A program made the position numbers and the translations under genes. The notes under the pieces are model-generated. The model was not told the origin of the DNA and searched no databases. It worked only from the letters and a program-made list of their open reading frames with translations. A DNA stretch of 61,884 bases, filler included, from Sphacelaria rigidula (taxonomy: Eukaryota): NCBI GenBank assembly GCA_964200075.2. It is 6 parts of 6 records of this genome, joined end to end, with 100 filler letters (N's around TTAATTAATTAA, not from the genome) between each part and the next. Parts side by side here need not be neighbours in the genome. Positions count along the whole stretch, not along the records: positions 30,998 to 41,227 come from CAXNAA020006890.1; positions 41,328 to 51,557 come from CAXNAA020006891.1; 4 more parts are not named here. One strand, 5' to 3'. Positions 36,236 to 47,346 of the stretch are shown here, piece by piece; within the stretch, counting starts at the first letter, position 1, and each line of letters opens with the position of its first letter.

Positions 36236-36409
36236 CTGCGCCCTGCCACCAAGTTCCAGCACCCACGACTCTTCTACCTCAACGTCATCTCCTAGCTTTG
36301 CGGCGTCGGCCAAAAATTGCGCGCCCTCGCCCTTCAGTCTTTCCCAGGTGTGCGTGCAGAAAAGGAACGTGCCAGAGGCCAGCCTTGTCCGCTCCCGTTC
36401 CGGCAGGTT
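36236..36409 (-). CDS. Exon immediately N-terminal to the pseudokinase domain
   Basis: CAG|AAC..CAG|GTATGC, 174 nt, phase 0/0. Encodes NLPERERTRLASGTFLFCTHTWERLKGEGAQFLADAAKLGDDVEVEESWVLELGGRAQ. Confidence 0.75.
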
Positions 36410-36557
36410 CTGTGGTATCTCGACACGTGAAAGGCCGGGGCGGGACACGGTTGTGAGAGAATGGCGACGATCTTTTCCTTTCCAATCGCAAGGTCAACTG
36501 GCAGGCTTTGAAAGTGTTGTCGCAGAGGAGTGTGGCGTAGATGAAGGGGACACATGC

Positions 36558-36593
<36 letters not shown>
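36558..36593 (+). repeat. (AAC)n microsatellite
   Basis: About 12 units. Confidence 0.98.
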
Positions 36594-36594
<1 letters not shown>

Positions 36595-37059
36595 GCGCGC
36601 GAGGTGCCAGTGGTTGCTGAGATAATAGCTGAATGTGTGCTCATGCCCTGTTCATACGCACAATATGACCCCAGGAAAGGGCTGTCGCAGATTTCTGGTG
36701 TGAATCTCAGCCGCGCCCCAGTGGTCCAAATTGAAACGACACGACTGAAACCAGCAAGCTAAGGTAGAACATTGCGGGGTCGAATGCCGAGAAATACGAG
36801 TTGAGCTTTCTTGTCTGAGATCTTGTTCCTGTCGCTGAAGCGTGAGGATATGAGAAGCACGAAGTCTGTATTTGACCAAAGTCGACGCCGTGCGGAAGGG
36901 CTCATGGTCATGATCCAGTCCTCGAAACAAAAACAAAAAAGGGTTGTGCAGTATCGGGGGAGAGGCGGGTTGATCCCTTGAGACCACGGACTCATCCCGA
37001 GGAAGGAGAAGAGCTAACGGAATAACGGCAGCGCCACAAACCCATCGCTAGCTTGTGCT

Positions 37060-37431
37060 GTAGCTTGTTCCATCCGTTGTCACCCCATCTACTCTGCACG
37101 CATGTCTACATCTTCCGGTATATGTGGGCGCATCAGCCGGGGTCACGCAGGAGGAGAGCCTACGCAGGGGCTTTTTCGTTTTTATTTTGTTTTAGTGCTT
37201 CGCCTTCCTTCCGCCGCGCTTGCCTTACTTTTTATCGCGAGGGGGGCTTAGCGGTCCGCTTCCCTCGTCGACCGTAAAGTCGAGTTTTGTATACCCACGA
37301 CATTGTCGCTCTCTATTGTTGGGCATGGTGTGGAGAAAAGCCCATATCATGTGACTGCACCGAGATTCGAATCCACGATCCAACCGTCAGATCGTCACGA
37401 GGTTACTCACTGAGCCACCTGGGCGCCCGGC
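37060..37431 (-). mobile_element. tRNA-derived SINE (family B), near full length
   Basis: Minus strand reads GCCCAGGTGGCTCAGTGAG (A-box) ... GGATTCGAATC (B-box), followed by the family B body. Confidence 0.85.
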
Positions 37432-37724
37432 GTTATTACCGTCCCATGGACCCCACAATTGGGTGGAAGCACTGTGTGGACCATGTCATGTTTCCGAATC
37501 CTTCTCAGACTGCATATACGTATATCGAGCAATAGACGTAACTTCACGCCGGAACGATGATTTCTGTTGCGATTGTTCGCGCACATTCGTCTCGCCCCGG
37601 TTCTGCTCCGTCTCGAAAGGGATGCGTGGTCAATGGTCAAAGGACTGAGGCAAGCAACAATGAGTATTCCCCCTCCCCCGTTAACTCCACTTGTATCTTG
37701 ATATATTGGTTGACTAAAAAAGAT

Positions 37725-37950
37725 TGCTGGCTGACTGACTGTCGCACATCAACATTAACTGATCTACTATGAATCCACAGCTGTGGTCACACGACAGACG
37801 TGCCCAGGGTGAATAAACGTGAACACCAGCTATAGGAAGCTCGATAAGTGGGGAAATGGAGAAATGACAACGAGAAAGAGAGCAGAGAGGGAAAACCGTA
37901 GAGCTCAAACTGAACACAACAGAACAAAAGAGAAGAGAAAAAAAAACACC
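37725..37950 (-). repeat. Family D: non-LTR 3'-end fragment
   Basis: CAGCTGTGGTCACACGACAGACGTGCCCA core shared with 55720, 57510 and ~10484. Confidence 0.65.
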
Positions 37951-38453
37951 AGGCTGCTGACAACTACTCGTAGTATACTAGCGGTTCCACAACAATGCCG
38001 GGGGAATAAATTGCAGGCCCCCTCCGCATGGTTCTATGAAGCGAGGCCGTACAAAAACAAGCGAAACGAAACGGCAAACGCCGTCGTCTGTTTGTTTTAA
38101 CATTGGCTGGAGAGACGGTGGAAAAGCTTCCCTTTCGATCAAAGATATAGATCCTTCATAGACGACTGGAGAATTCGTTGTAGAAATCGTTGTCTTTAGT
38201 TGATTCTGGTCGTTCGTGCGGTGATGCTGTGCACTGGCTCGCCCACTGGTAGGTCCGGGTCAGGACAAGTGATTTGGAGCTGCTGTTCGTACCCAAAACA
38301 ATGACTTGTCCCACAAACCGCAGTGGGCTAGCAACCAATGTCCGCTTGACGGTGGGTGAGGATGGATAACGTACAGCGCCATCAAGTGGCACGAGTTTTC
38401 TAAGGGTAATAGTGTCTCCCGATGGCGTGGGTAATATCGGCCAACGACCACAC

Positions 38454-38622
38454 TCGGACGAGCTCCTCTATGATTGGTAGGACGAGCTTGCTGAAGGGTT
38501 GGTGTTCTGCGCGCCTATCACGTCGCGTGGCGACATCACAGAGCTCGAAGGCTACATATGAATAACCATCACAATGGCACAATGGGGCGAGCAAGTGCGA
38601 GGTGGCTTTCGCGGCAAACCCT
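38454..38622 (-). CDS. Probable helical-domain exon of the pseudokinase gene (alternative start 38551)
   Basis: Encodes GFAAKATSHLLAPLCHCDGYSYVAFELCDVATRRDRRAEHQPFSKLVLPIIEELVR, phase 2 to 0. Splice sites are weaker. Confidence 0.55.
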
Positions 38623-38810
38623 CTTACCGAGCGAGTCTCACACATGGATAGAATGAGGATAGAATGTACGGTATACACTATATCTGCCTTTTGTTCTGGA
38701 CAATGGCTCAAGCTTGTCGGCGTGCACGTGCTCGACTCTGTCACCCGGAGAAGGCCACTCCCTTGTTCAAAAGCCTTGTTTTTCACCTTGAAGGAAGGAT
38801 GAAACCTCAC

Positions 38811-38968
38811 CCAACACTCGACCCCGCGAAACGGTTCGTGGGCCGACTACCCGGAGGTTCGGCGAGACCACCGCGTGCGTGGCAGTTAAGTGGAGTAGGC
38901 ACCTCGAGTGTTCGGAAAGCTTCGCCCGAGGTAGTGTCGGGGCTGAGCCCGCTGAAACCCCGTATCAG
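38811..38968 (-). CDS. Probable low-complexity juxtamembrane exon
   Basis: CAG|CTG..GG|GTGAGG, 158 nt, phase 0 to 2. Encodes LIRGFSGLSPDTTSGEAFRTLEVPTP... Confidence 0.55.
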
Positions 38969-39269
38969 CTGGGCGCAGTGTACGCGTCGCCCTACCTTTA
39001 CAAAGGCCTCGGCCCTCGTTGGCACAAGCCTTGTGTATCACTCAAAGCAAACGGCTGAGAGGGCTCTGAGTCACCCAGTTACAGGATATCAGTGCCGCTT
39101 CAGGACTCACGTAGCCGAGGAAACAACACGCACAACGCACGCGCTGCTTGTGAGGTGGGAATTCTGGTGATGCCCGGCGTTCACTGCACGGTATGATGCT
39201 GTCGAATTGTTTCTGCGTATGCATGCGCAAGGTCTGTCCGAACCTCGCGATTGAATCGCTGATACTCAC

Positions 39270-39421
39270 TCTCTCTTCTCCGGCTCTTCCTCGTGGAGAG
39301 GGTACCTCCTGGAAGCGAACGGCGGCGGACGCGCTCCTTCCGCAGTCCGACCAACACCGTTCGGCGCGCTGCCCGATTCCATCGCTTGGCTCACCATCCC
39401 ACTCGCGGGAGAATGAAGCTC
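39270..39421 (-). CDS. Probable low-complexity juxtamembrane exon
   Basis: CAG|GA..AGA|GTGAGT, 152 nt. Open in two frames; the phase 1 to 0 reading links its neighbours. Confidence 0.55.
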
Positions 39422-40433
39422 CTGTGTTGTTGAGGCATGACAACCAAACGGTACATGGTAGGGGTTGTTAACGCGGCGTCAGTACATTTATCTTGTGCTG
39501 GAATTAATGGAACGATGATATGGGGGTTCAAGCATCGTGGCGGTCCCTCGTACTTCTGAAAAACAGGTCGCAATTCGAAAGACGTATCGGTGCTGCCCGA
39601 CCACGACACGCGCATATTCTCGGAAAATCGCCGTATCGCTTCGATACCAGTGCACGCCTATATTATAGTGTATAGTGAGCGTGGAGACACATTTCACGAC
39701 CGACCTATCCCCAACGTGGGTGGGAGGGAATGCTTCGATCGGACGGCTGCCGAAGAAGCCATTGTGAGCCTTGGCCTGAGGCGGAGAGTAACGTGTAATT
39801 GGCACGGTCTTGATGTCGATATTCACGATAGCTGGGCGGCGCGTTACACCGTGCCGCGAAAAAGTACGCACAGAAGCGGGTGATTGCACGTCACGCCCAC
39901 GAGACTCCTTGTTCCGAGCAGCAAGTCATATCCCCCGTACTTACTGTGAAGCGATCTCGAAAACCAACCGTAGGGTACAAGACCAGGTTTGAAGCGTTGG
40001 GAACTCGCATTTTACTATTGGGCCCACTATAATCGGCACTGTTTTTGTCAGAGATGTCAGAATTGTTTACAGAGTTTCCGGACTCTGCGTTCCGACTTTT
40101 CCGAGAATGAAGCGGCGTGATTTTTCCTCCGAAGATCCACTTTTGGACAAGTCGGAAAAATCCGGTCTGCAACGCAGCATTTCGGAGAGCTGCTGTGTGA
40201 GAACGCCGTGGCGGTCTCAAGCATTCGAGAACCATCAGGTACCTTGGTAGACCCGACAATTTCGGAGATCTGCGGAAAAGCAGTGTCCATAATGATGGGC
40301 CTGAATAGTAGCGCGTGCTTCGATTTCCTCGTTTCCTCTTTCCCTCTTGAAGCGATTAGTGCTTCGTGCTTATCCGTATTTGAGGCAGCCCGAAACTCGG
40401 CAACTATAACACAGCTTTTCGGGTTATACTTGC

Positions 40434-41100
40434 CTTGTGATAGAGGAGCCAGGGGGCTCTGGCTTTGAGACAGAAACGGATGCGCTTCCTCCTCGCCTGG
40501 AGCCTTCGTGTGCCGCCGGTCGAATCGCCTCTTCCACCAAAAAAGCGTACATGTCACGAGCACGACTATACCAATTACAAACATATAAGCCAAGTCCTGC
40601 GGAATGAACGGCGGGGGCGAAGCATCCACGACCGCTGTACCAAGCGGTTGGCACTGGGCCATGCATACTGGCTGCCATACGTGGCGAGGGTCTATCGAGG
40701 GTGACGGCGAAACAACCACCGCTCGGGCATCGTCGGCTACGCCCGTCTGCTGCTGCTCTTGCCCTTGTCCTTGCCCTCGTCCGTGATCGGAGTCGTCAGG
40801 CGTGCAGACACATTGCTCACGCCTCTGCCACGGCCATTCCCAGCGCACGAGAGCCTTCTCCTCGCCTCTTTCCTTGATGTTGTTGTTGTTGTTGTCGTTG
40901 TCGTTGTCGTTGCCGTCGTCGCCGTCGTCGCCGTCGCCGTTGTTGCGGCTAGGGTCAACACCAACGTAGAGGCTGTTGGTGTTGCAGTCGATTACGAGGA
41001 CTTTACCGTTTGCACCCAGCTGCTTGAGGTCGACAGGCTGGTGAGGCGGCGTACCCAAGCCAGCGGGTCGCCCAAGGGATATTTGCCTCATCGTTGAGGA
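40434..41100 (-). CDS. Exon with end of ectodomain, Asn/Asp linker and a single transmembrane helix
   Basis: CAG|TCC acceptor. Encodes ...PVDLKQLGANGKVLVIDCNTNSLYVG..., then the TM segment LAYMFVIGIVVLVTCTLFWW followed by KRR. Likely GC donor CAAG|GCAAGT. Confidence 0.75.
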
Positions 41101-41399
41101 CTGGTTGTTGGATCGTGTGCCGATTCTAGGGGTTTCGGGGGAAAATGCATCAAATAACCGAGTGAGGGAGGAGGGTGGAAGATCATCGCGGGTTCAACAT
41201 GCAGCCAGATTACACGGACATATAAAGNNNNNNNNNNNNNNNNNNNNNNNNNNNNNNNNNNNNNNNNNNNNTTAATTAATTAANNNNNNNNNNNNNNNNN
41301 NNNNNNNNNNNNNNNNNNNNNNNNNNNCCTTGTCCCCTGGTCATCATCCAGGATCCTACACATGCTACATCTACTACGCCTTGGTGTATTTTGGCTACA

Positions 41400-41642
41400 C
41401 GTCCCATCTATTCTAGACCCCCGTCTACACCTTTCGGTATATGTGGGCGCATCAGCCGGGGTCACACAAGAGGAAGATTAACACACGAGCTTTTTGTTTT
41501 TTTTTTGTTTTCACCACCCCACCTTCCTTCTGCGGTGCTTGCCTTTTTATTTTTATCTCGAGAGGAGTTCAGCAGTCCCCTTCCCTCGTCGACTGTTAAG
41601 TCGAATTTTGTGTACACACGACATAGTCGCTCTCCACTGTTG
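41400..41642 (-). mobile_element. Headless SINE family B copy at the edge of, or inside, the Gypsy remnant
   Basis: Matches the family B body; lacks A and B boxes. Confidence 0.8.
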
Positions 41643-44600
41643 CATCTGCTACACAAATTGACCCCAAAACCGCGTGTTAGTTTCAAACGATGATGCGATA
41701 ATATTCCAACCCATTTGCGGCACATTGTTTTCGATTCATCTGGTGATGGTTGGACACCCACGGGGATCTATAGGCTGAGATCCATCTTGATCAAGATATT
41801 CTGAACGGTTTTCCACACCGCTTTCAGACTTGAGCCGATGTAACACATTATCGTTTACCATCAAAATTCCTGATGGCACTCCCCTCATAGCTACGGGTCC
41901 GCACCGTGCAAACCTCCTGTTAGCGGATAAGATATAAGTTATTCTCAACGGCTACTTATCCGCTGGTTTAATAAGACACTCGGCGCCTTGGTGGGTCAAG
42001 CCTCTAGTTATCGTCCGGAAGAAGCATGGCAAAATTAGACTGGCGATCAAGTACCGACGATTGGGCGCAGTCACTAAAACCGAGCGTCTGCCTCTCCCAC
42101 GGATGGATGAGATCATCAACTCCCTTGACGGGGGTAAAGCATTTTCAACCTTTGATATGCAGCCTTACTGCCATCAGGTCGTGATGGACCCGAACTCTTT
42201 TGAACTGAAGGCGTTTTGCACGCTGTGAGGCCTGAATAAATGGCTGGTAACACTGCAGAGTGTCGCTGGCGCCCCCCGGGGCGATTCAACGTGTGTTTCT
42301 GAAAGGCCGTCTACAGCTTTCGGTATGCGGACCAGCCGGGGTCACATACGAGGAAGGGCAACCAAGGAGTTTTTTCTTTTTTGTTAGTTTTCAGTACTTC
42401 ACCTTCCTTCTGCGGTGCTTGTCATTATTTTTTATCCCAAGAGGAGTACAGTAACCCCTTTCCCTCGTCGACCGCCAAGTGGAATTTTGTGTACCCATGA
42501 CATGGTCGCTCTCCACTGTTGGGCATGGTGTGAGAGGTAATCCAAGATCTCTCCGAGACTTGAATCCACGACCCAACCGTCAGAAGGTTTCGAGGTTACC
42601 AACTGAGCCACCGGGGCGACCGGTGCATGGTAACCTCTGCTGCGCTCCTTGCTAGGAGGCCTAAGCTACTACCGACAGTACTTGCCTAACCTAGCCCAAA
42701 CTCTGAAACTCCTCATCACCCTCCTCAAGAAAGAAGTGAAATTTGTGTTCACGTCGGAAATGGAAGATATCGTACGTAGACTGCTTGGCACTCTTGCGCA
42801 ACCGCAGATCCTGATTTTTTTCAGACTGTTCGGCCGCGAAAAAGGGTTCACGTCCTTTTCAACCTTACACGAATTCCTCCAAAAATGGGTTTGACCGCAC
42901 GTAGAACAAGAGCAAGGAGGCGCTAGTGTTCGTCCGATTGCATATGTGAGTCGAGCCACTTTCCCGAACGAACAGAATTGGTCGGTCGTGGAACAAGAGG
43001 CGGATGCAGTTATTTGGGTTGTGCGACGTCTCCGTTAGTTCTTGTATGTCATTCCGTTTTGTGGTTTATACAGATCATAAGCCTTTGTGAAACCTCGCCA
43101 AGATGACGGAACACAACGCAAGGGTTCAACACTGGTCCGAAATCCTGTCGTCTCACGATTCTGACTTGAAGTATTACCCAGGATCCCAAAATACAAACTC
43201 CGACTCTTTGTCTCAGTTGCCCACACCGGCTAAACCTATCGATGAATTCGCCATGGGACGCATCACGGATCCTACCGAAGACGTTGCATATTTCATTAAC
43301 AGGAATGGTCATCAATGTCTCTACACACCACTCTCACTGATCCACACGCCGGCGTTTGCCACGGATGGGCTGACAACTACAGCTCATGCTTCAGTACTGG
43401 GAAGTTTATAACCCGAACCGTCGTTCTCCGTCTGGAGTGGACAGCCTGCAAACACCGTTGGTTATGATCATTTCCGTACAACTGGCCAACAAGTGATTTT
43501 TGCATCAGATGTAGAACGGTCTTGTTCCGACTTCGTCCTTCCGGTTCTAGTTCGAGATTTGATTTCGAGTAGAACTCGAGGATGACCGTCCGTCGAGACG
43601 GCCGCCAAACTGGCAGTCTCTGGTCCTGACCTTCCTTTTCTTACCCCCATTCCGGTACCTGATAGCTTCCTTGCGCCCCCCCAACCCCCGCTGCGCAAGG
43701 CTCCCCCCAGAAGATCGACCCCAACTACGGCACCCCTGCCCACCATAGCCGAAGCTCTGGCTGTGCCCCCTTTTCCCATTGATGTTCCCAAACGATACCA
43801 CATCGCCAAATACGCTAATCGATGTAGGGTAGATGACAACGGACCGCCTGAAGATGCACCACCTGGTAGCCCCACCCCTGATCCAAATATCGACGCTTCG
43901 TGTCAACAAGGCTATGACCCGAACCAATGCGTAGTGGACGCTCTATTAACTAGTCTATTCAGGGAACGCTTGACTCGATTCTCCCGCGCCGATTGGGCAC
44001 GCGAACAACAAGCATAATCTCCTTGTCGAGCGGCTACTCATTTTTCTGTCCAGTGGAGGTCCATGTCCATTTTCAGAAACTGAATTCCTCTTGCCCGTCG
44101 GGAACCACAAGGCCCTCACACAGGATGGGGTGTCTGAACTATCGTCTAGAGGCATGCTACGCACGGATGATGGTGGTGTCATTCTTTTAGTTCGCCGGCC
44201 CACAGCGCCCGTTCGCATGGGAAAACCTGCAAGTCGACACGCTCGCTTGCTAGGTGATGAATCCGTCCGAATCTATGTCCCGCAGCTTCTGTGCCCATGG
44301 CCTCTACATGAGTGTCACTCGCCAGTATACGCACATATCGGGACCGTTAGGACTTCCGAGATGCTTGGGCGTTTTTGTTGGTGGATTTGTATAGATCAGT
44401 GTGCACGTTGGTGAGTGCGGCATTGTTTGCTACGCCAAGCGTGCAAGACTTCACGCTAACTTATTCGATGGCCGGTAATTTCTATATCTGTCCCCAACGG
44501 ACCCGGCGAAATAGTCTCGCGGGACTAGTTCGGTCCATTGTCGCTCACTAATGGTGGTAACAAGTACATTTTGTTGTTTACGGATCGATTTGATCGTCAC

Positions 44601-46120
44601 GCGGCGATGCATGCTGTTTCGGAAGCTAGTTATAGCGCGGCAGGTACCGCTAAGACCTACATTCCACAATGGGGTGCACCCCAACAACTGTTGTCCGAAA
44701 ACGGTCCGTATTTTTCTGGCAAAACTTTCTGCCGCAATCAGCGACCTCCTAGGTGCCCATCGCTCTTCCACTAGTTCGTACCATCCATCTGCCAACGGTG
44801 GATTCATACAATGACGCAAATGCTTGCAGCTGTGACAAACGAACGATAAACGGCCTGGGACCTACATTCACCCCTCTTCCAGATGAACTGCAGCATTTCG
44901 GCCAGTGCTGTCACGGGATTGGTTCCCAATGAAGTTCATATTGATCCAATGCACAGGTTGCTACCGACGGTGTTTGATCGGGAAAATACCAGCGGACACC
45001 AGAGTTTGGATAGGAATATAGTGGAGTATCATATGTCTGTTAGTAATCGCCTGTGTCTTGCATGTGAACTGTTACAAGAGCAACACCAACTCAACATCGC
45101 GAAGGTAGCCAAGGCGAACACGATGTTGGATGATGACGTGCACAACTGTGCAGTGTGGAGCTTGGTCAATGGGCGTGGGTGTACAGCAACGTGAAGATCA
45201 TCAATCGAGAAGCTATTTCGAAGGAATCCTCGTCGGACAAGGTGCTGAAATCGAAGCTCTCCTTGAATTTGGCTGATCCTTGGAAGATCTTGGCTGTTGG
45301 GCCAAGCGCTACCGCATCCGACAAAAGTTTGGTGGAGGCGGAACTTTTGCATTTGAATTTCCCCACGGATGAGCCGGCTCCAAACCGAAAAAACGCGCCT
45401 TGATGTTACGGTGCAAGACGTATCTGCCTCCACACGACACAACTGACATGCCCAAACAACTGCCGATGGGATTCAATCAGATGTGCTGACCAGGTGTGCC
45501 GTTTACACCACCATGTCGTATGACGGTGGAGGATGGCTGAGGGCATATCGAACGTGTGGTCGTGGGTCGGATTTCGGGCCATCAATTGGCCTGGGCCTGC
45601 GTGGTTACATAGCGGTGATGTATCGAGCGCGTTGGAAAGGTGTTATGCGTGTTGCATGGGAACGAGAAGTCGACTTGCGCCTCTTTCGTAGGGAAATACC
45701 GCTGTAGTGGGTAGGAGATGCCGCGCAACACCGTCCGTTGAGTAAAAGATACAGGTATATGCGAAACGGAGCAGGAGCTCGGGGACTGGCACGGGAGCAC
45801 TCCGCGCGGTTCGTCATCGCAGGCTAGAGCCGTGTTTCGCGCTCGCGATACACTACATGAATTATTTTGGCAGGAAGCGATTGCCGAAGAGAGCGTACTT
45901 CAAGTACAAGGCTTGTGACTCGCGGTGGTTGACGGGGGGAAATTCATTCAGTGGACCCTGCATCGGACATCTCCTTCTTCATTTGTTTCCTGGGTGACCC
46001 GGGGCCCCTTGAAATCCGTTCAGATAACGTATACTGTGTTGAGGTGCCGATCGCCCGCCGAGGATCGCGGTGCATCTAACGTCGCGACAAAGACGACCTC
46101 GACAAAGCCGTCCTTCGCGA
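41643..46120 (+). mobile_element. Decayed Ty3/Gypsy LTR retrotransposon pol (RT, RNase H, integrase, chromodomain-like tail)
   Basis: RT: PLVIVRKKHGKIRLAIKYRRL..LPLPRMDEII..FSTFD and LLGGLSYYR. RNase H: RPIAYVSRAT..NEQNWS. Integrase: HECH..HIG..RT, GNKYILLFTDRF, SSYHPSANG. Tail: YRARWKG..AWEREVDL. Many stops and frameshifts. Confidence 0.93.
42307..42624 (-). mobile_element. tRNA-derived SINE (family B) inserted in the Gypsy RT
   Basis: Head GCCCCGGTGGCTCAGTTGGTAA ... GGATTCAAGTC; flanked on both sides by RT coding sequence. Confidence 0.9.
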
Positions 46121-46946
46121 CCCGGACACTGCGTGGGATGCTGAAGAATCATGACTTCGAACCCGATTTTGTCTTCCCTTTTACCTTACATGGTGTACCC
46201 TGTTTTGCTTGACCGGCGCCTCGTGTTGTCTTCGGAGCCCTGCCTTTTCATCTATATATCCCGGGTGGAGTATGACGTGGGACCGTAGGCCCTGTGTTGT
46301 CGTTGGAGCCATAGTATTTTACCTACACTCCTCGGGTGGAGTCGGGTGTGTGTTGTAGACCCCTTTTCACCATTTTCTTTTTTTGTTCATTTTTCGTGTT
46401 TTTGTTTTTAGTGTTTTGTTTCTGTATCTCGGAATGATTCGTGACAAGCGTTCGAAAATTCCTGACCCTCGCGAGTTGATCCTTCCGACTACGCGTTTCG
46501 TACACGCAAAACGGACTTCGTTTACGGGAAAGGTCGCCACGGAGTATGCTGTTGCTCGACGATCGACATTTTCACTATTGATGGGTTACGGCATGGTCAG
46601 CAGTGGGCGTGCCGTATGTTGAACGCTTGATCAGTCTTGTCGTTAAAGTCGAAGTGTGTTTCGTTGGCAATACCCTGTTATATACCGCCTTTGTGTATCA
46701 GGGTAGGACACACTGCTCTTTTTGGAACCGATCGTTTTCCAGTTTCACGTTTTTTGAACACTTCCCACAACAGATCGTGCATACGGTCACGTGTCTCTGA
46801 CATAAGTTTGGTGGTGTTTAATTTTAATTAGGGTTGTTCATGAAGTGATGTGACGGTGTGTCTGGCTGGGGTTTCCCCCGTAGTTCGTGTGCGCACCCTC
46901 CCGTCTTCGTCCGAACGGACAAGCACCGAGATAGCGGACTGCGTTG

Positions 46947-47346
46947 AACAACATGTTCGTGGGATTGGGATCGGATTTTTTTCCGTAGTGGGAGGTGTTT
47001 CGTGATCTACACCAAGACGGTCGAATAACCCGAAACAGTCGTCACCCGCCTGAAAGCCCACCATCTGACGGGGATTTTAGTGGGAAAATATATAAAATCG
47101 ACGTGGTCACTGCAGAGTTATGAGCAAAAAACGTGTCCGGAAAAAAAAAAGTTTTGCACATTTTCGACCATATCTCATGGAAGGCGTCACCGGTTTCAAA
47201 TCTGCTTGCGCCAAAATTCTCGTTAGAGTACGAGCTTTCAGGGGGTAACTGTCGCTTTGGACGATTCGACCGTCTGGGTGTAAATAACGAAGAATCTCCC
47301 GTTTCGAAAAAAATCCGTTCCTAACCTCACGAACAATTTGTTGTTG
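46947..47346. mobile_element. Foldback/MITE with ~140-bp degenerate arms
   Basis: TGTTCGTGGGATTGGGATCGGATTTTTT..TACACCAAGACGGTCGAAT is inverted at ATTCGACCGTCTGGGTGTA..AAAAAATCCGTTCCTAACCTCACGAACA. Confidence 0.8.

Noticed and set aside
40057-41091. 344-aa ORF as a complete single-exon gene
   Set aside because: It has an upstream splice acceptor and no signal peptide. Sequence after ~40434 looks like read-through into an intron.
32867-41100. Assignment as IRE1 (TM plus kinase; YVAFELC resembles IRE1 YIALELC)
   Set aside because: The YVAFELC stretch lies upstream of the kinase N-lobe rather than at the hinge, the HRD and DFG aspartates are missing, and no KEN/RNase domain is visible.
42540-42624. 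Functional tRNA gene
   Set aside because: A and B boxes are present, but there is no proper acceptor or anticodon stem and it is attached to a repeated body, so it is a SINE head.
46260-46900. 3' LTR of the Gypsy element
   Set aside because: Plausible by position, but no second LTR or clear PPT/TG...CA boundaries are visible to confirm it.
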